From Mobula birostris (lineage: Eukaryota): a stretch of DNA of 64,000 nucleotides. The position numbers and the translations under genes were made by a program. Location: assembly GCF_030028105.1 (NCBI RefSeq), contig NC_092370.1, positions 139,849,522-139,913,521 on the forward strand. The letters run 5' to 3'. Each line of letters starts with the position of its first letter. The first letter of the stretch is position 1. Under the pieces are notes generated by a model, which worked only from the letters and a program-made list of their open reading frames with translations, was not told the DNA's origin and searched no databases. Below, in pieces: positions 1 through 12,864 of this stretch.

Positions 1-1033
1 ACGGACTGAACTCTACCTTGCTGAGGCCAGATGACATCTCTCAGACACCTCCTCTTACTTACCCCTTGAACACGAGCCGACTAAGGAGCACTAGGCCATT
101 ATCATCCGCACCATCACGGACCTTATTAACTCTGGGAATCTCCCTTCCACTGCCACCAACCTCATTGTTCCCTCACCCTGCAGCTCCCATTTCTACCTCC
201 TACCCAAGATCCACAAACCTGCCTGTCCAGGTTGACCCATTGTTTCTGCTTGTTCCTGTCCCACTTAACTTATATCTGCATACTTTGACTCTGTTTTATC
301 CCCCCTGATTCAGTCCCTTCCTACCTACATCCGTGACACTTCACGTGCTCAGGATCTTTTCAATGACTTCAAGTTCCCTGGCGCCAATCGTCATTTTCAC
401 CATGAACATCCAGCCCCAATACACCTCTGTCTCCCATTAGGAGGGCCTTAAATCTCTCTTCTTCCTTCTAGATAACAGACCTAACCTGTTCCCCTTCGCT
501 ACCACTCTCCTCCATCTGGAAGAACTGGTCCTTACTCTCAATAATTTCTCTTTTTTCTCCTCACACTTTCACCAAACAAAAGATATAGCCGTGGGCACTT
601 ACATGGGTCCCAGCTGTGCCCGCATTTCTGTTGGCTAAGTGGAACGGTCTATATTCCAAGCCTACAGTGGTATCACTCCCCAACTTCTTCTACGCTACAT
701 CGACAACTGCAATAGGGCTACTTCCTGCACCCATGCTGAGCTTGTCGACTTCATTAACTTTGCCTCTGACTTCCACCCTGCCCTCAAATTTATCTGGTCC
801 ATTTCCAAAACCTCACTCCCCTTTCTCGATCTCTCTATCTCTATCACTGGAAGCAGTTTATCTACTGATATCTTTTATAATCACACTGATTCTCACAGCT
901 ACCTGGACTAAACCTCTTCCCACCCTGTCACTGGTAAAGATGCCATCCCCTTCTTTCAGTTCCTCCATATCCATTGAATCTTTCCTTCCTCCACCATCAA
1001 TGCTGACCTCACCCATATCTCTTCTATTTCACG
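1..1033 (+). mobile_element. Penelope-like element, decayed reverse transcriptase fragment
   Basis: Frameshifted RT motifs FYLLPKIHKP..G.PIVS (~190), AVGTYMGPS (~590) and LLLRYIDNC (ORF 639-911). Runs off the window start. Confidence 0.8.
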
Positions 1034-1880
1034 TGTAATTCCCTGGCTAAGATTTCTACTGTTAATGCTGTAGCTTATTTCATTTAGTAGCTTTCTGTAG
1101 AAGCAATGTGTCCTGCTGATAGCATGTTTGGGTTTCGGCTAAAGATAAGGGGCTATGATGTTCAACTTTGGGATTTTGTGTCAGCCAATCAGGGTGGTGG
1201 AACTGAGAGAAGGTTCTAGAGAAAGCTGGATGGAAAGAGATTTGTGATGGACGCTGGTGGGGCTTGTGGTCTTTTTGGCGGGAGCTGCAGAGAGGACAGG
1301 AGGGAAGATAGCTGAGGATGTTGTGGGAAGGAGAGTCCCTATCGCACAAAGTGCTTTGTGCATATGAATGACTCCAAGGAGGAAGGGCCAAAACTCCTGA
1401 GGAAGTGCCCATTTGTTCAAAATGGATGTCGAGTGAAGCTCAGAATGTGGTGTGTGCTTTCACACAGACTGTGGGTCCAAAGCATGAGTAAAAAAGATAA
1501 CTTCAAGGTGAGTTCCAATGATGTGCACATTTAGACTGGTTTAACTGTATGAGCCCTTTTATTTTTTCCCATTTTCTTTTTCCTACTAACTATTCAGTAA
1601 AGCAGAAATTTGTAAATATACTTTCTTTATAATTTTATGTGGTGTACAATGTCATTTCTTGCTGACTGATAATTGTGTATGGGCAGCATTTACACAGTAT
1701 TCGCTGAAATCGAGGGTTCTTTAATTGGAACATCATGACATTCCTGTTTGGTTGAATCTAAATCATATCAACTGTAGTGCCTATTGTTTAAGAAAGGTGG
1801 CCTTCTCACCACTGAGTACCATGGCTGTAAGCGAGGCTAGCAACAAGCCAAGTTTCCATACAAACCCGGTGAGGGACTGT
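1034..1880. mobile_element. LTR-like insertion (possible solo LTR) interrupting the Penelope copy
   Basis: Starts TGTAA with an abrupt composition switch from CT-rich to GA-rich; Penelope sequence resumes at ~1883. The 3' end and TSD were not resolved. Confidence 0.4.
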
Positions 1881-1882
1881 AA

Positions 1883-2320
1883 GCACCCCATCCTCCCTGC
1901 ACTTCACCAGGGATAGGGTTCCTCTTGTCCTCACCTACCACCACAGAAGCCTCTGTATCCAACACATAATTCTATGTAACTTCTGTCATATCCAACGAGA
2001 TCCGACCACTTTCTGCTTCCCGCAGGGATTGCTCCCTATGTGACTCCCTTGTCCATTCGTCCCTCCCCGCTGATCGCCCTCCTGTACTTACCCTTACAAG
2101 TAGAACAAGTGCTACACCTGCCCCCATACCTCCTCAACTGTCATCGACTGTATCCGATGCTCCAGGTGTGGCCTCCGACATACCGGTGAGATATAGATTG
2201 GGAGACTACTTTGCCGAGCACCTATTTATTCCTTTCCATGGATGCTGCCTGACCTGCTGAAATACCTCAGCACTCTGTGGGTGCTGCTTGGATTTCCAGC
2301 ATCTGAAGAATTATTTATGT
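1883..2320 (+). mobile_element. Penelope-like continuation (GIY-YIG remnant and 3' terminus)
   Basis: Similar to the reverse complement of the GIY-YIG region at 53706-54200. Ends in the GATGCTGCCTGACCTGCTGA...CCAGCATCTG terminus seen throughout the window. Confidence 0.7.
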
Positions 2321-2769
2321 TTAATACTTTATCGTTTTGGTCAGAGTCCCTTTATGTGCATAAACACTTGTGCCTAGCTTCACTTTACAGACATGCAATC
2401 AATCCCTACGTATAAACTACCTTATTTATTGTGTTTTTTGATATTATTATGTTTTTTATCTCTTTGTGCTTTATTTTGTGCTGCATCAGGTCCGGAGGAA
2501 CAATTATTTTGTTCTCCTTCACACTTTTGTATTGGAAATGTCATTAAACAATCTTGAATCTCGAATCTGAATCTGAACCCCAGATTCAGAAGCATGTGGC
2601 AAACTAGCTTGAGATTCATTTTCTTGCAGGCATTTATAATAAAGAAATGCAACAGAATTTATTAAAAATTATACATAACAAAGACTGACAAACAACCAAC
2701 ATGGAAAAGAAAAGAAATTGTGCAAGCAAGCAAACAAACAAACAAATAAATAAATTATACTGAGAACAT

Positions 2770-2897
2770 GTCTATACTACTAGACTAGACATGCCCAGGC
2801 ATCATCCCTGAAAAAGACAGCAGATTTTGTCATTGAAACATGGGTTATAATCAATGCCTGTACCCGGCTAGAAGCATGAGAAGAGTTTATTCATCAT
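2770..2897 (+). mobile_element. Penelope family-2 terminus with decayed hammerhead
   Basis: ATCC-CTGAAAA-A-GACAGCA/TGTCATT-GAAA-CATG-GGTT at 2804-2846; homologous to 6808-6918 and 32311-32430. Confidence 0.6.
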
Positions 2898-2901
2898 AAG
2901 T

Positions 2902-4615
2902 TTGTCATACTTTGCGTCAGTATTCACTACAGAGAAGGACCTTGGCGATTGTAGGAATGGCTTAGAGCGGACTGAAAAGCTTGAGCATGCAGATATTAAA
3001 ATAGAGGATGTGCTGGAGCTTTTGGTAAGCATCAAGTTTGATAAGTCACTGGGACCAGACAGGATGTACGCCAGGATACTGTGGGAGGCGAGGGAGGAAA
3101 TTGTTGAGCCTCTGGCAATGATCCTTGCATTATCAATGGGGATGGGAGAAGTTCCGGAGGATTGGGGGGTTGCGCATGTTGTTCCCCTATTCAAGAAAGG
3201 GAGTAGGGATAGCCCAGGAAATTATAGACTAGTGAGTCTTACTTCAGTGAATGGTAATTTGATAGAAAAGATCCTGAGAGGCAGGATTTATGAACATTTA
3301 GAGAGACATAATATGATTAGGAATGCTATGCATGGCTTTGTCAAAGGCAAGTCGTGCCTTACGAGCCTGATTGAATTTTTTGAGGATGTCACTAAACACA
3401 TTGATGAAGGTAGAGTAGTAGATGTAGTGTATATGGATTTTAGCAAGGCATTTGATAGGGTACCCCATGCAAGGCTTATTGAGAAAGTAAGGAGGCATGG
3501 AATCCAAGGGGATATTGTTTTGTGGATCCAGAACTGGCATGCACACAGAAGGCAAAGAATGGTTGCAGATGGGTCATATTCTGCATGGAGGTCGGTGACC
3601 AGTAGTGTGTCTCAGGGACCTGTTCTGGGACCCCTACTCTTCATGATTTTTTATAAATGACCTGGATGAGGAAGTGCAGGGATGGGTTAGTAAATTTGCT
3701 GATGACACAAAGGTTGGTGGTGTTGTGAATAGTGTGGAGGGTTGTCAGAGGTTACAGCAGGACATTGATAGGATGCAAAACTGGGCTGAGAAGTGGCAGC
3801 TGGAGTTCAACCCAGATAAGTGTGTGATGGTTCATTTTGGAGGTCAAATATGATGGCATTAATACCATATTAATGGTAAGACTCTTGGCAGGGTGGATGA
3901 TCAGAGGGTTCTTGCGGTCCGAGTCGATAGGACACTCAAAACTTATGCACAGGTTGACTCTGTGGTTAAGAAAGCATACGGTGCATTGGCCTTCATCAAC
4001 CATGGGATTGAGTTCAAGAGCAGAGAGGTAATGTTACAGCTATACAGGACCCTGGTCAGACCCCACTTGGAGTACTGTGCTCAGTTCTGTTCGCCTCACT
4101 ACAAGAAGGGTGTGGAAACTATAGAAATGGTGCAGAGGAGATTTACAAGGATGTTCTCTGGATTGACAAGCATGCCTTATGAAAATAGGTTGAGTGAACT
4201 TGGCCTTTTCTCCTTGAAGCAACGGAGGATAAGAGGTGACCTGATAAGGGCGTATAAAATGATGATAGGAATTGATCGTGTGGATAGTCAGAGGCCTTTT
4301 CCCAGGACTGAAATGGCTAACACGAGAAGACACAGTTTTAAGGTGCTTAGAAGTAGGTACAGAGGGAATGTCAGGGGTAAGTTTTTTATGCAGAGTGGTG
4401 AGTGTGCGGAATGGGTTGCCAGCAATGGTGGTGGAGGTGGATACAGTACGGTCTTTTAAGAGACTCTTGGATAGGTGCATGGAGATTGGAAAAATAAAGG
4501 GCTATGGGTAACCCGAGGTAATTTCTAAAGTAAGTACATGTTCGGCACAGCATTGCGAGCTGAAGGGCCTGTATTGTGCTGTAGGTTTTCTTTGTTTCTA
4601 AGTTCTATGTTTCTA
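2902..4615 (+). mobile_element. CR1-clade LINE, 5'-truncated, RT plus 3' UTR
   Basis: ORFs 2902-3660 and 3893-4459 contain YMDFSKAFD, QGPVLGPLLF and LVRPHLEYC; FADD at ~3695 follows a frameshift; TTCTATGT-like 8-mer tail at ~4590-4615. Confidence 0.93.
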
Positions 4616-6082
4616 TAATGTATGCTGTTTACCTGGATTTTCAGAAGGCCTTTGACAAGATGCTGCTGATGAGGCTCCCAACAAAGATAAGAGCCCATGG
4701 TATTATAAGAAAGATGCTACAATGGATAGATTACTGGCTGACTGGCAGGAGACAAAGAGTGGGCATAAACCTTTTCTGGTTGGCTGCCAGTGACTAGTGT
4801 GTTCTGTAGGGATCAGTGTTTGGACTGCTTCTTTTCATGGTATTGATGGCTTTGTGGGCAAGTTTGCAGACAATACAAAGATAGGTGGAGGGGCAGGTAG
4901 TTTTGAGGAAGAAGGGAGTCTGCAGAAGGATTTAAGAGACTGGGCAAAGAAGTGGCAGATAAAATACAGTGTAAGGAAGTGTATGGTCATGCACTATGGT
5001 AAAAGGGATAAAGGCAGAGACTATTTTCTAAACAGGGAGCAATTTCAGAAATCTGAGGTGCAAAGGAACTTGCAGGTTGAGTCGGTGGTAAGGATGGCCA
5101 GTACAGTGTTTGCTTTCATTTTGAGCAGACTAGAATATAAAAACAAAAAAGTAATACTGAGGCGTTATAAGGGATTGGTCAGACTTCACTTGAAGTACTG
5201 TATGCAGGTTTGGGCCCCTTATCTAAGAAAGGATGGACGGCAATTGTGAGGGTCCTGAGGAGATTCACAACAATGATTCCTGGAATGAAAGGGTTAATGT
5301 ATGAGGAGTGTCTGATGTCTCTGGGCCTGTACTCTCTGGAGTTTAGAAAATGAGGGGGGATCTCAATGAAATCTATCTAATATTGAAAGGTCCAGATAAA
5401 GTGCATGGAGAGGATATTTCTTTTAGTGGGGGTGTCTAGGACCAGAGGGCATAGCTCAGAATACAAGAACATCTCTTTAGATCAGAGATAAGGAAGAATG
5501 TCTTAGCCAGAGGGTGGAATTCAGTGCCACAGATGATTGTTGAGGCCAAGTCATAGGGTATATTGAAAGAAGAGGTCAATAGGTTCTTGCCTCCAAGAGA
5601 ACCACAACCTTGTTGTGGTTTGGAGGCTTGTGTGTCTCAATGACCCGGAGAGCTATGCTGGCTGGAATCAGGGATTTGCGCTTTGGCTCTTGGTAGGGTC
5701 ACCCATGCCAAAACCAGTCAAAGAGTAGAGGCCAGACTAAGAGTGGTCCACCAATCCTCCAGGTTTGGGGGTTCATCTCAGGGCTGACAACCCTAAATGG
5801 TAAAACAATCTGTTATGGAAACAGCAATGAAGAAACCCTCTACCTCTCAGTGGCCAAGGACAGGCAGAGATGGAGGACTTGCACTGCTGCCCTAAATGCC
5901 AGTGGCGTAACAGGCAGTAGGTAAGAGATAGGTTCTTGATTAATAAAGACATCAAAGATTACAGGGCGAAGGCAGGAAAGTTGGGTTGAGAGGCATAATA
6001 AATCAGCCACGATGGAATGCAGGAGGAGACTCGACTGGCTGATGGCCTAATTCTGCTCCTATGTCTTAAAGTCTTATGTTCT
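4616..6082 (+). mobile_element. CR1 LINE (second subfamily), decayed, split by an insertion at 5590-5927
   Basis: VYLDFQKAFDK, KFADNTKIGG and LVRLHLKYC motifs; tail TCTTAAAGTCTTATG. Confidence 0.85.
5590..5927 (+). mobile_element. Non-autonomous RTE-like short element with 11-bp TSD
   Basis: TSD ATAGGTTCTTG at 5579-5589 and 5928-5938; 5' hairpin; GGTAGGGTCACCCATG motif; GTAG/GTAA-type tail. Confidence 0.65.
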
Positions 6083-6594
6083 AATTTGCTGCCACATTCA
6101 TTGTAGAGAAAAACCTGCGCTGATTGCTTTGTATTCTTATTTTTATAAATAAAATTTATTGTTGGAATAAAAAAGTGATTCCTTTAAGATTTTCAAATAA
6201 TAAGTTCTGCAGCCCATTTCTCTGACACTCCCCTTGCCTTTGGACGCAGCCTCTTGCTCCTAGTTACCTGCCAAGGGAGAACATTACTGAAGCTCCCGTA
6301 AATAACAGTATTGAAGGCAAACCTAAGCTCAGCACTCATTCACCCAGTCTCTGCGCGTTAATTATTAATGTGGTCTTCCTTATATCAGGTTGAAACATCA
6401 TTATGTTTCATTAACATTTAACAGCATTGCCCTCCCCCTTTAGGAACAACTGGGCTGTACCACTGATGGGAAAACATAACCAGAAACAGGTACATAATTA
6501 AAATGGCACTCCCACTGCTCCTCCATCATTTAAAAACCTGCAGGGGAATGCAGGAACATTTCTCCAAATCTGCAAGACTCCTGAACAATGTTAT

Positions 6595-8690
6595 CAAGTC
6601 AAGTTAAATCAAGTTTCTTGTCATTTAACTATGTACATGTATACCCTCAAATGAGATGATGTTTCTCGAACCAGGGTGTAAAGCGCAGTAGTACGTACAC
6701 ATAACACACAATAATTTAGGATAGTAAAGATAAAATCTACAGATCAATTACGCATAAATAAATAAAGTGCATAAGAAAGGATCTAGTGTTTTCCTGGCAT
6801 ATATGACGAATAAACTCTTCTTGGGATAACAGCCGGGTACAGGTATACATTTTAACCTGATTCTAACCGGTTAAATTTGACACCTGTATCCGGCTGGAAG
6901 CCCAAGAAGAGTTTATTCCTAAAGTGACAGGTACAGAACAGATTAACCAGTGACACTTCAAATACGATGTGGCAGGGAGTTCAGAAGCTGAATGGCCTGG
7001 GGGAAGAAGCTGTTTCCCATCCTGACCGTTCTTGATTTTGTGCATTGGAGTCTCCTGCCTGTTGGTAGAAAGTCAAAGAGAATGCTGGATGGATGGGTGG
7101 GATCCTTAATAATACTAAGGGCCCAGCATACACAGTGCTCCTGATAAACATCCCCGACGGATGGTAGGGAGACCCCTATGATCCTCTCAGCTGTTCTTAC
7201 AGTCCTTTGTAGGGGCTTCTGATCCAATGTTCAACTGCTCCCATACCAGACGGAGATGCAACTTGTCAGGATGCTCTCAATGGCGCTCCTGGAAAATTTA
7301 GTTAAGTTGGGGAGGGCCTTGCTTGCCTCAATCTGCTAAGGAAGTGGAGACACTGCTGTTCCTTCTTGTTCAGGGAGATGATGTTCAGGGACCAGGTGAA
7401 TTCATCCATAAGGTGAACTCCCAGGGACTCGGTGCACTTAACTCTCCCTATGGAGGAGTATATATTTCCAGAGGGGGATGGTTTGTCTGCACCTTCCTGA
7501 AGCCCACAATCATTTCCTTAGCCTTTTCCATGTTCAGGCTTAGGTTGTTGTTCTCACACAGTCCACCAGCTGCTCCCCTTCGTCTCTGTACTCCGACTCG
7601 TTATCGTTGTAGATGAGGCCAACCACTGTTGTGTCATCCGCAAACTTGATGACACGGTTTGAGTTGAATCCTGCGACATTGTTATGCGTCAGCAGTGTGA
7701 ACAGCAGCAGGCTGAGCACACAGCCCTGGGGGGTGCCAGTACTCAGAGTAACAGGACTAGAGACATTGCTGGCCACACGGACTGTCCGCGGCCTATCTGT
7801 TAGGATCCCAAATCCCATTACAGAGGGAAGTGTTGAGGCCCAGCAAGAACAGTTTCCCCACCAGTTCCTGGGGCGTGATGTTTTTAAATGCCGAACTGAA
7901 GTCTATAAACAGCAGCTTAGCATACGAGACCCCATTTTCCTGTTGGGACAGAACAGAATGGAAGGCAGAGGGTATCATCAGTGGATCGATTTGAGTGCTA
8001 AGAAAACAGGAAAGGATCCAGTGTGGCTGGGAGTAAGGCTTTATGTTGAATATATCCGTCAGCACCTCAGTTAGTTGGGCTGTGCAGTCTTTCAGAACCC
8101 AACCTGGTACATGATCAGGCCCCACAGCTTTGCGTGACTCTGGCCAGGATATTCCTCACCTCAGCATCAGCCAGGAGTGTCTGCTCCTCTGGGGAGAGGG
8201 GTGCCTTTCTTGCCAGCACTTTGTTCTTTGCATCAAAACCAGGCATAAAAGACATTCAGCCTGTCAGAGAGTGAGGCGTCTTGGTCACAGATGCACAGAG
8301 TAGACTTGTAGTCTGTAATCCTCTGAATTCCCTGCCAAATGCGCCTCGTGTCTCGGGTATCACATAAGTGGTTGTATATTCTCTGAGAATGCTCCCGTCT
8401 TGCCTTGCTGATGGAGTGGGAAAACACATGCTTCCCTGAGAGCTGTCACATCCATCAATATAAGGGCAGCATCAAGATCTCTCAGCTGTGCACAGACCTC
8501 TGCAGTAAGCTATGGCTTCTGATTTGCCCTCATCCGGATATGTTTCCTGATGCTAACATCTTTAGTACACTTCTTCATGTAGCCAGTCACAGAATCCACA
8601 TATTCCTCGATGTTTCCGTGGTTGCCATGGGTAGCAGCCTCCCTGAACATTCTCCAGCTTCTATTTTCAAAGCACTTTGTTCTTGTCTCT
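6595..8690 (-). mobile_element. Rex1/Babar-like LINE fragment
   Basis: Minus-strand ORFs contain GPDHVPGWVLK, LFIDFSSAF, TGTPQGCVLS, KFADDTTVVGLI and NSFFPQAIQLLN; (CTTGA)-type tail at ~6595-6615. Confidence 0.85.
6776..6918. repeat. Fold-back of Penelope family-2 terminus
   Basis: Inverted arms 6808-6857 and 6869-6918 (GAATAAACTCTTCTTGGG...CCCAAGAAGAGTTTATTC). Confidence 0.8.
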
Positions 8691-8899
8691 GTAAGTCACT
8701 GAAGAACTTAATGCCTTACTCAGTTTGAAGCAACCTACTTCATTGACCACTCTATGAGGCACATTCACCCTGAGAAAGGACTTTATATTTGAACACCACA
8801 GACACACTAAATCTTCCCCAGAACATCAGTATCTGCTGGAGGACAGATTCCTAGTGAACCCTTGACAGCCTCGGCAACAGAAAACCTTACTTCATTCCG

Positions 8900-9232
8900 A
8901 AGTGTGCAGTACAGTAGCATAACAGTTAGTGCAATGCTTTACAGTGCCAATCAGGGTTCAATTCCTGCTGCTGTCTTTAAGGAGTTTGTACGTTCGCCCT
9001 ATGATCATGTAGGTTTCCTCTGGGTGGTCTGGTTTCCTCCCACATTCCAAACATGTATGGTTAGGATTAGTGAAACTTGGGCATTCAATTTTGGAGCCAG
9101 AGGTATGGCAACCCTTGCGGGCTGCCCCGAGCACAATCCTCAGACTGTATTGGTCATTGGCATAAACAACACATTTCACTGTATGTTTTGGTGTTTGATG
9201 TACACAGGACAAATAACTAACCTTTCTCTTTA
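8900..9232 (+). mobile_element. V-SINE (tRNA-derived, HE1-like)
   Basis: B-box GGTTCAATTCC, then V-domain GGAGTTTGTACGTT...GGTTTCCTCCCACATTCC. Confidence 0.75.
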
Positions 9233-9627
9233 AATGACGCTCATCAGGTCTGTATTATTTGATGACACCATTGTGCACACTATATCCCTATTTTTCTGTC
9301 CACACTAAAGATTAATTACATAACCACATATTAATTTCACGGATGAGCTACCAATTTGCTCCTGAAAGGGATTAACATTTCTTTTGTGTACTCTATTGCT
9401 CAACACACAAACACATCACACACATAGAAGTGGCTAACAAAAGATTGCTTCAGCATTACGAGCAGCAAACGGTACTGATCAATGTTAAACATTGACATAC
9501 AACATCAACAGTACAGTGCTTCAAAATAAATGTGCTCCATGATGGAATTCCAAGCTCCCATCTCACAAGTTGAAATGTATCACAGCACTTAGCATGGCAT
9601 AAGTCTTCAGTCCTTATCTGACTATAA

Positions 9628-9920
9628 AAGATTAAAGATTAGTTTGATTTATCACATGTACATCGAAACACACAGTGAAATGCATCGTTTGCATTAAATC
9701 AAATCGGCGAGGATGACGCTGGGCAACTTGCATGTGTTGGCACCAACATAGCATGCCCACAACTCACTAACCCTCACACTTACTGTATGCCACTTGGAAT
9801 GTGGGAGGAAATCGGAGCTGCCAGAGGAATCCCATGCAGTCAGGGGGAGAACGTACAGATTCCTTACGGACTGCGGCGAGAATCACACCCCTGCAAAGTA
9901 TTGCACTAATCGCTCCTTAC
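9628..9920 (-). mobile_element. V-SINE
   Basis: Reverse complement of the V-domain (GGAATGTGGGAGGAAATCGGAGC); same tail as 8900-9232. Confidence 0.7.
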
Positions 9921-10504
9921 CTGATCACCCTATATGCAAGAGAGGATAGAGAAATAGAGATTTGTGAATCAGAATGCTGCCAGCCAGCCAGGTTCCATTG
10001 ATACTGCAAAGTCCATTAAACCAAGTAAATGCAAATCAGCATAAAAAACTTACACGTTAAGATGGCAAATGCAGGATCAATGAATTTTTTTGCTTTGATC
10101 AAACACAATAATCCATCATGGAGGTAGAGCATGTTCATTATTTTGTATTATGCATAAGCAAATTTAAACCTTCGAAATTAAAGAATCTCTTTATAGGCAG
10201 TACTGTGCAATCACCTGTTCTCACCAGGCAGTCTTTGTGGATGTTAGAATTACATACCGTGATTATACCACTATGTGAAGAATTATTAAGCAGCTCTGAT
10301 GCACACTAACACTCGGACCACTTAAAGGAATAATATGGAATACTTTCAATAAATGGATTCTTTTGCTTCAATGAATAGATCCTGCCTTTGCATTATATAA
10401 GCAATAATGACTGTGCTGCACTTCTCTATACATTAAATCATCTTGCTTCACTAAGGCAAAATAACTTTAACTGTCCTGCATTTTTGTTCTCAGTCCAATG
10501 GAAG

Positions 10505-11615
10505 ATCAAAAGTTCGAAGTGAATTTATTATCAAAGGGCATATATGTCACCATATGCAGTCCTGAGATTCATTTTCTTGCAAGCAATCACAGTAAGTACA
10601 AGAAACACAATAGCATCAATTAAAGGTTGCACCCAATAGGATGAACAACAAATTGTGCATATACAGAAAGAAAGAGAATAAATAAAGAAAGAAACAAAGT
10701 GAGTCGATAGGTTGTGGGAAAAGTTCAGCGATAGGGCAAGTGAAGTTGAGTGAACTTATCCTCTCTGGCTCAAGAGCCTGATGGTTGAGGGGCTAATAGC
10801 TGTTCCTGAGCCTGGAGGTGTACATCTTGAGGCTTCTTGTACCTGCTTCCTGATGGCAGTAGTGAGAAGAGAGCATGGACTGAATGGGTCCTTGATGATT
10901 GATACTGCTTTCTAGCGACAGTGTTCCATGTAGATATACTCAATGATAGGGAGGGATTTACCAGTGATGGACTAGGATTTTCCATTCTAGGGCTGTGATG
11001 CAACCAGTCAAGATACTCTCCACCACACATCTATAGAAATTTATCAAAGTTTTCACAAACTTCTAAGGATATAGAGGCACTACCTTGCTTTCTTTGTAAT
11101 TGCACTTAGGTGTTGGGCACATACAGTTCCTCTGAAATGATAACACCAAGGAATTTAAAGTTGCTGACCCTCTCTACTTCTGATTCCCCAATGAGGACTG
11201 GCTCATGGACTTCGGGATGCCTTCTCCTGAAGTCAATAATCAGCTCCTTGGTCTTGCTGAGATTAAATGAGAGGTTGTTGTTGTGGCACCACTCAGCCGG
11301 ATTTTCAATCTCCCTCCTGTATGCTGATTCCTCACCAACTTTGATTTGGCCAGTGACATTGGTGCTGTCAGCAAACTTCAATGGAGCTGTGCAAAGTCTC
11401 ACAGTCATAAGTGTAAAGCAAACAGAGCAGGGGGCGAAGCACACAGCTTCGCACTTGTACTGATGGAGATTATGAAGGAGATGCTGTTGCCAAGCCAGAC
11501 TGACTGGGGGATCTGCAAGTGAGGAAATTAAGAATCCAATTGCACAAGGAGATATTGAGGCCTAGGTCTTGAAGCCTATTGATTAGTTTTGAGGCGATGA
11601 TGGTACTGAATGCTG
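10505..11615 (-). mobile_element. Rex1/Babar-like 3' fragment
   Basis: KFADSTNVTGQI...AYRREIE...KTKELIIDFRR...FKFLGV; tail GATAATAAATTCACTTCGAACTTT on the minus strand. Confidence 0.8.
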
Positions 11616-11619
11616 AGCT

Positions 11620-11830
11620 TACTACCTGCCAGTTTGTACTCCTTCCTCTCCCCCTCCAGCTTCTTAATCTGGCTTCTTTTCCTCTTCTTTTGCAGTTCTT
11701 CTGAAGGGTTTCAGCACAAAACATCAACTGTTAATTCCGCTACCCAGATGCTGCTTGACCTGCTGAGTTGCTCCAGCATTTTGTGTGTGTTGCTCAGGAT
11801 TTCCAGCATCTGCAGAACCTCTTATGTCTT
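11620..11830 (+). mobile_element. Penelope family-1 terminus (decayed hammerhead)
   Basis: CAGTTCTTCTGAAGGGTTTCAGCACAAAACATCAACTG followed by the shared terminus. Confidence 0.65.
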
Positions 11831-12864
11831 GAATCCATATGTTTGTTTGTTCAATCACAGGAGATAACCTACAACTTGGAAGGATCCATTTCAATGCCCT
11901 CATAAGAGGTTGTGTGGGGCCTGGAGATCACAATTTTTATTCTGGAGTTTGTGGCATTTCTTTACTGGGTATTCAGGACAAGCCCTTCACAGAAAGGATG
12001 CTGTTCAGTTGATAGTTGCTGCAGAAACACAGGTGCAGGCCACACAAAATGCTGCACCAGCATTAATCAGCTTGATGGCTAATTTCCGCCATAATGGAGG
12101 AGCTTCATGCATTGTAGGAAGTGCTATGCCACCAGGGGACAGCATTAAATCCTGAATGAGAAGACAAACTGCAGGTTAGACCGTAAACTTCAGATTTAAA
12201 TTGGTATAGATGGAAGTGTCTGTCATGTGATTAGTACTATCATTAAATGTGGATCTGAATCCACAAAGAAAATTGGTGTGCTGGCGGTTATTTCTCGGAA
12301 GTCCAATTTTGCCACTGGCGTGATTTCAACAGTAGATGTTGACTAGCATGTTCTGACATAGGTTAAATAATTTTTACACCAAAAATATTTATTAATATAC
12401 TAATTAATCAATATTGAGGTCCATGTAGACTACAAAAACTCTGCAGTATCTGCAACTCAGTGCTTCCTGGATTTAGAGTAGGCCCATATGAATCCAGGGT
12501 TATTTAACTGGGAACAGCTGAACACCAACTGTTCCTGCTGCTACAGTCAGTGTGATGCAGCTAATGAAGAATTTAAAGCTTGCTAATCTTAATTCCCCAT
12601 CCAAGGACCATGGGAGCTCAATAGTTGGCATGGAGTTGATAAAGTGAAATTAGGAGATGAGGGATCAGGTTGGAAGTAAGCTTGAGGTGAAGGAACAGCC
12701 AAGGTATTAAAGGAAAGGTAGGCTTGGGGATATATTTATCTTCAGGATTTTTCTTGTGCTCTTGTATTCTTAATGAATATAAGTTAACAAACTTAATGAA
12801 TATAACTTAACAAATTTCACGACACACGGCGGTGATAATAAACCTGATTCCGATTATGATTCTG

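Noticed and set aside
6763-6926. TAAAGTG as TSD of the family-2 fold-back
   Set aside because: Short and not flush with the left boundary; not counted as a TSD.
7613-8074. 153-aa plus-strand ORF and similar antisense ORFs
   Set aside because: Antisense shadows of LINE RT sequence.
8900-8990. tRNA gene
   Set aside because: B-box belongs to a SINE head; no cloverleaf.
12769-12814. 23-bp tandem duplication
   Set aside because: Only two units at a retroposon tail junction; not an array or CRISPR.
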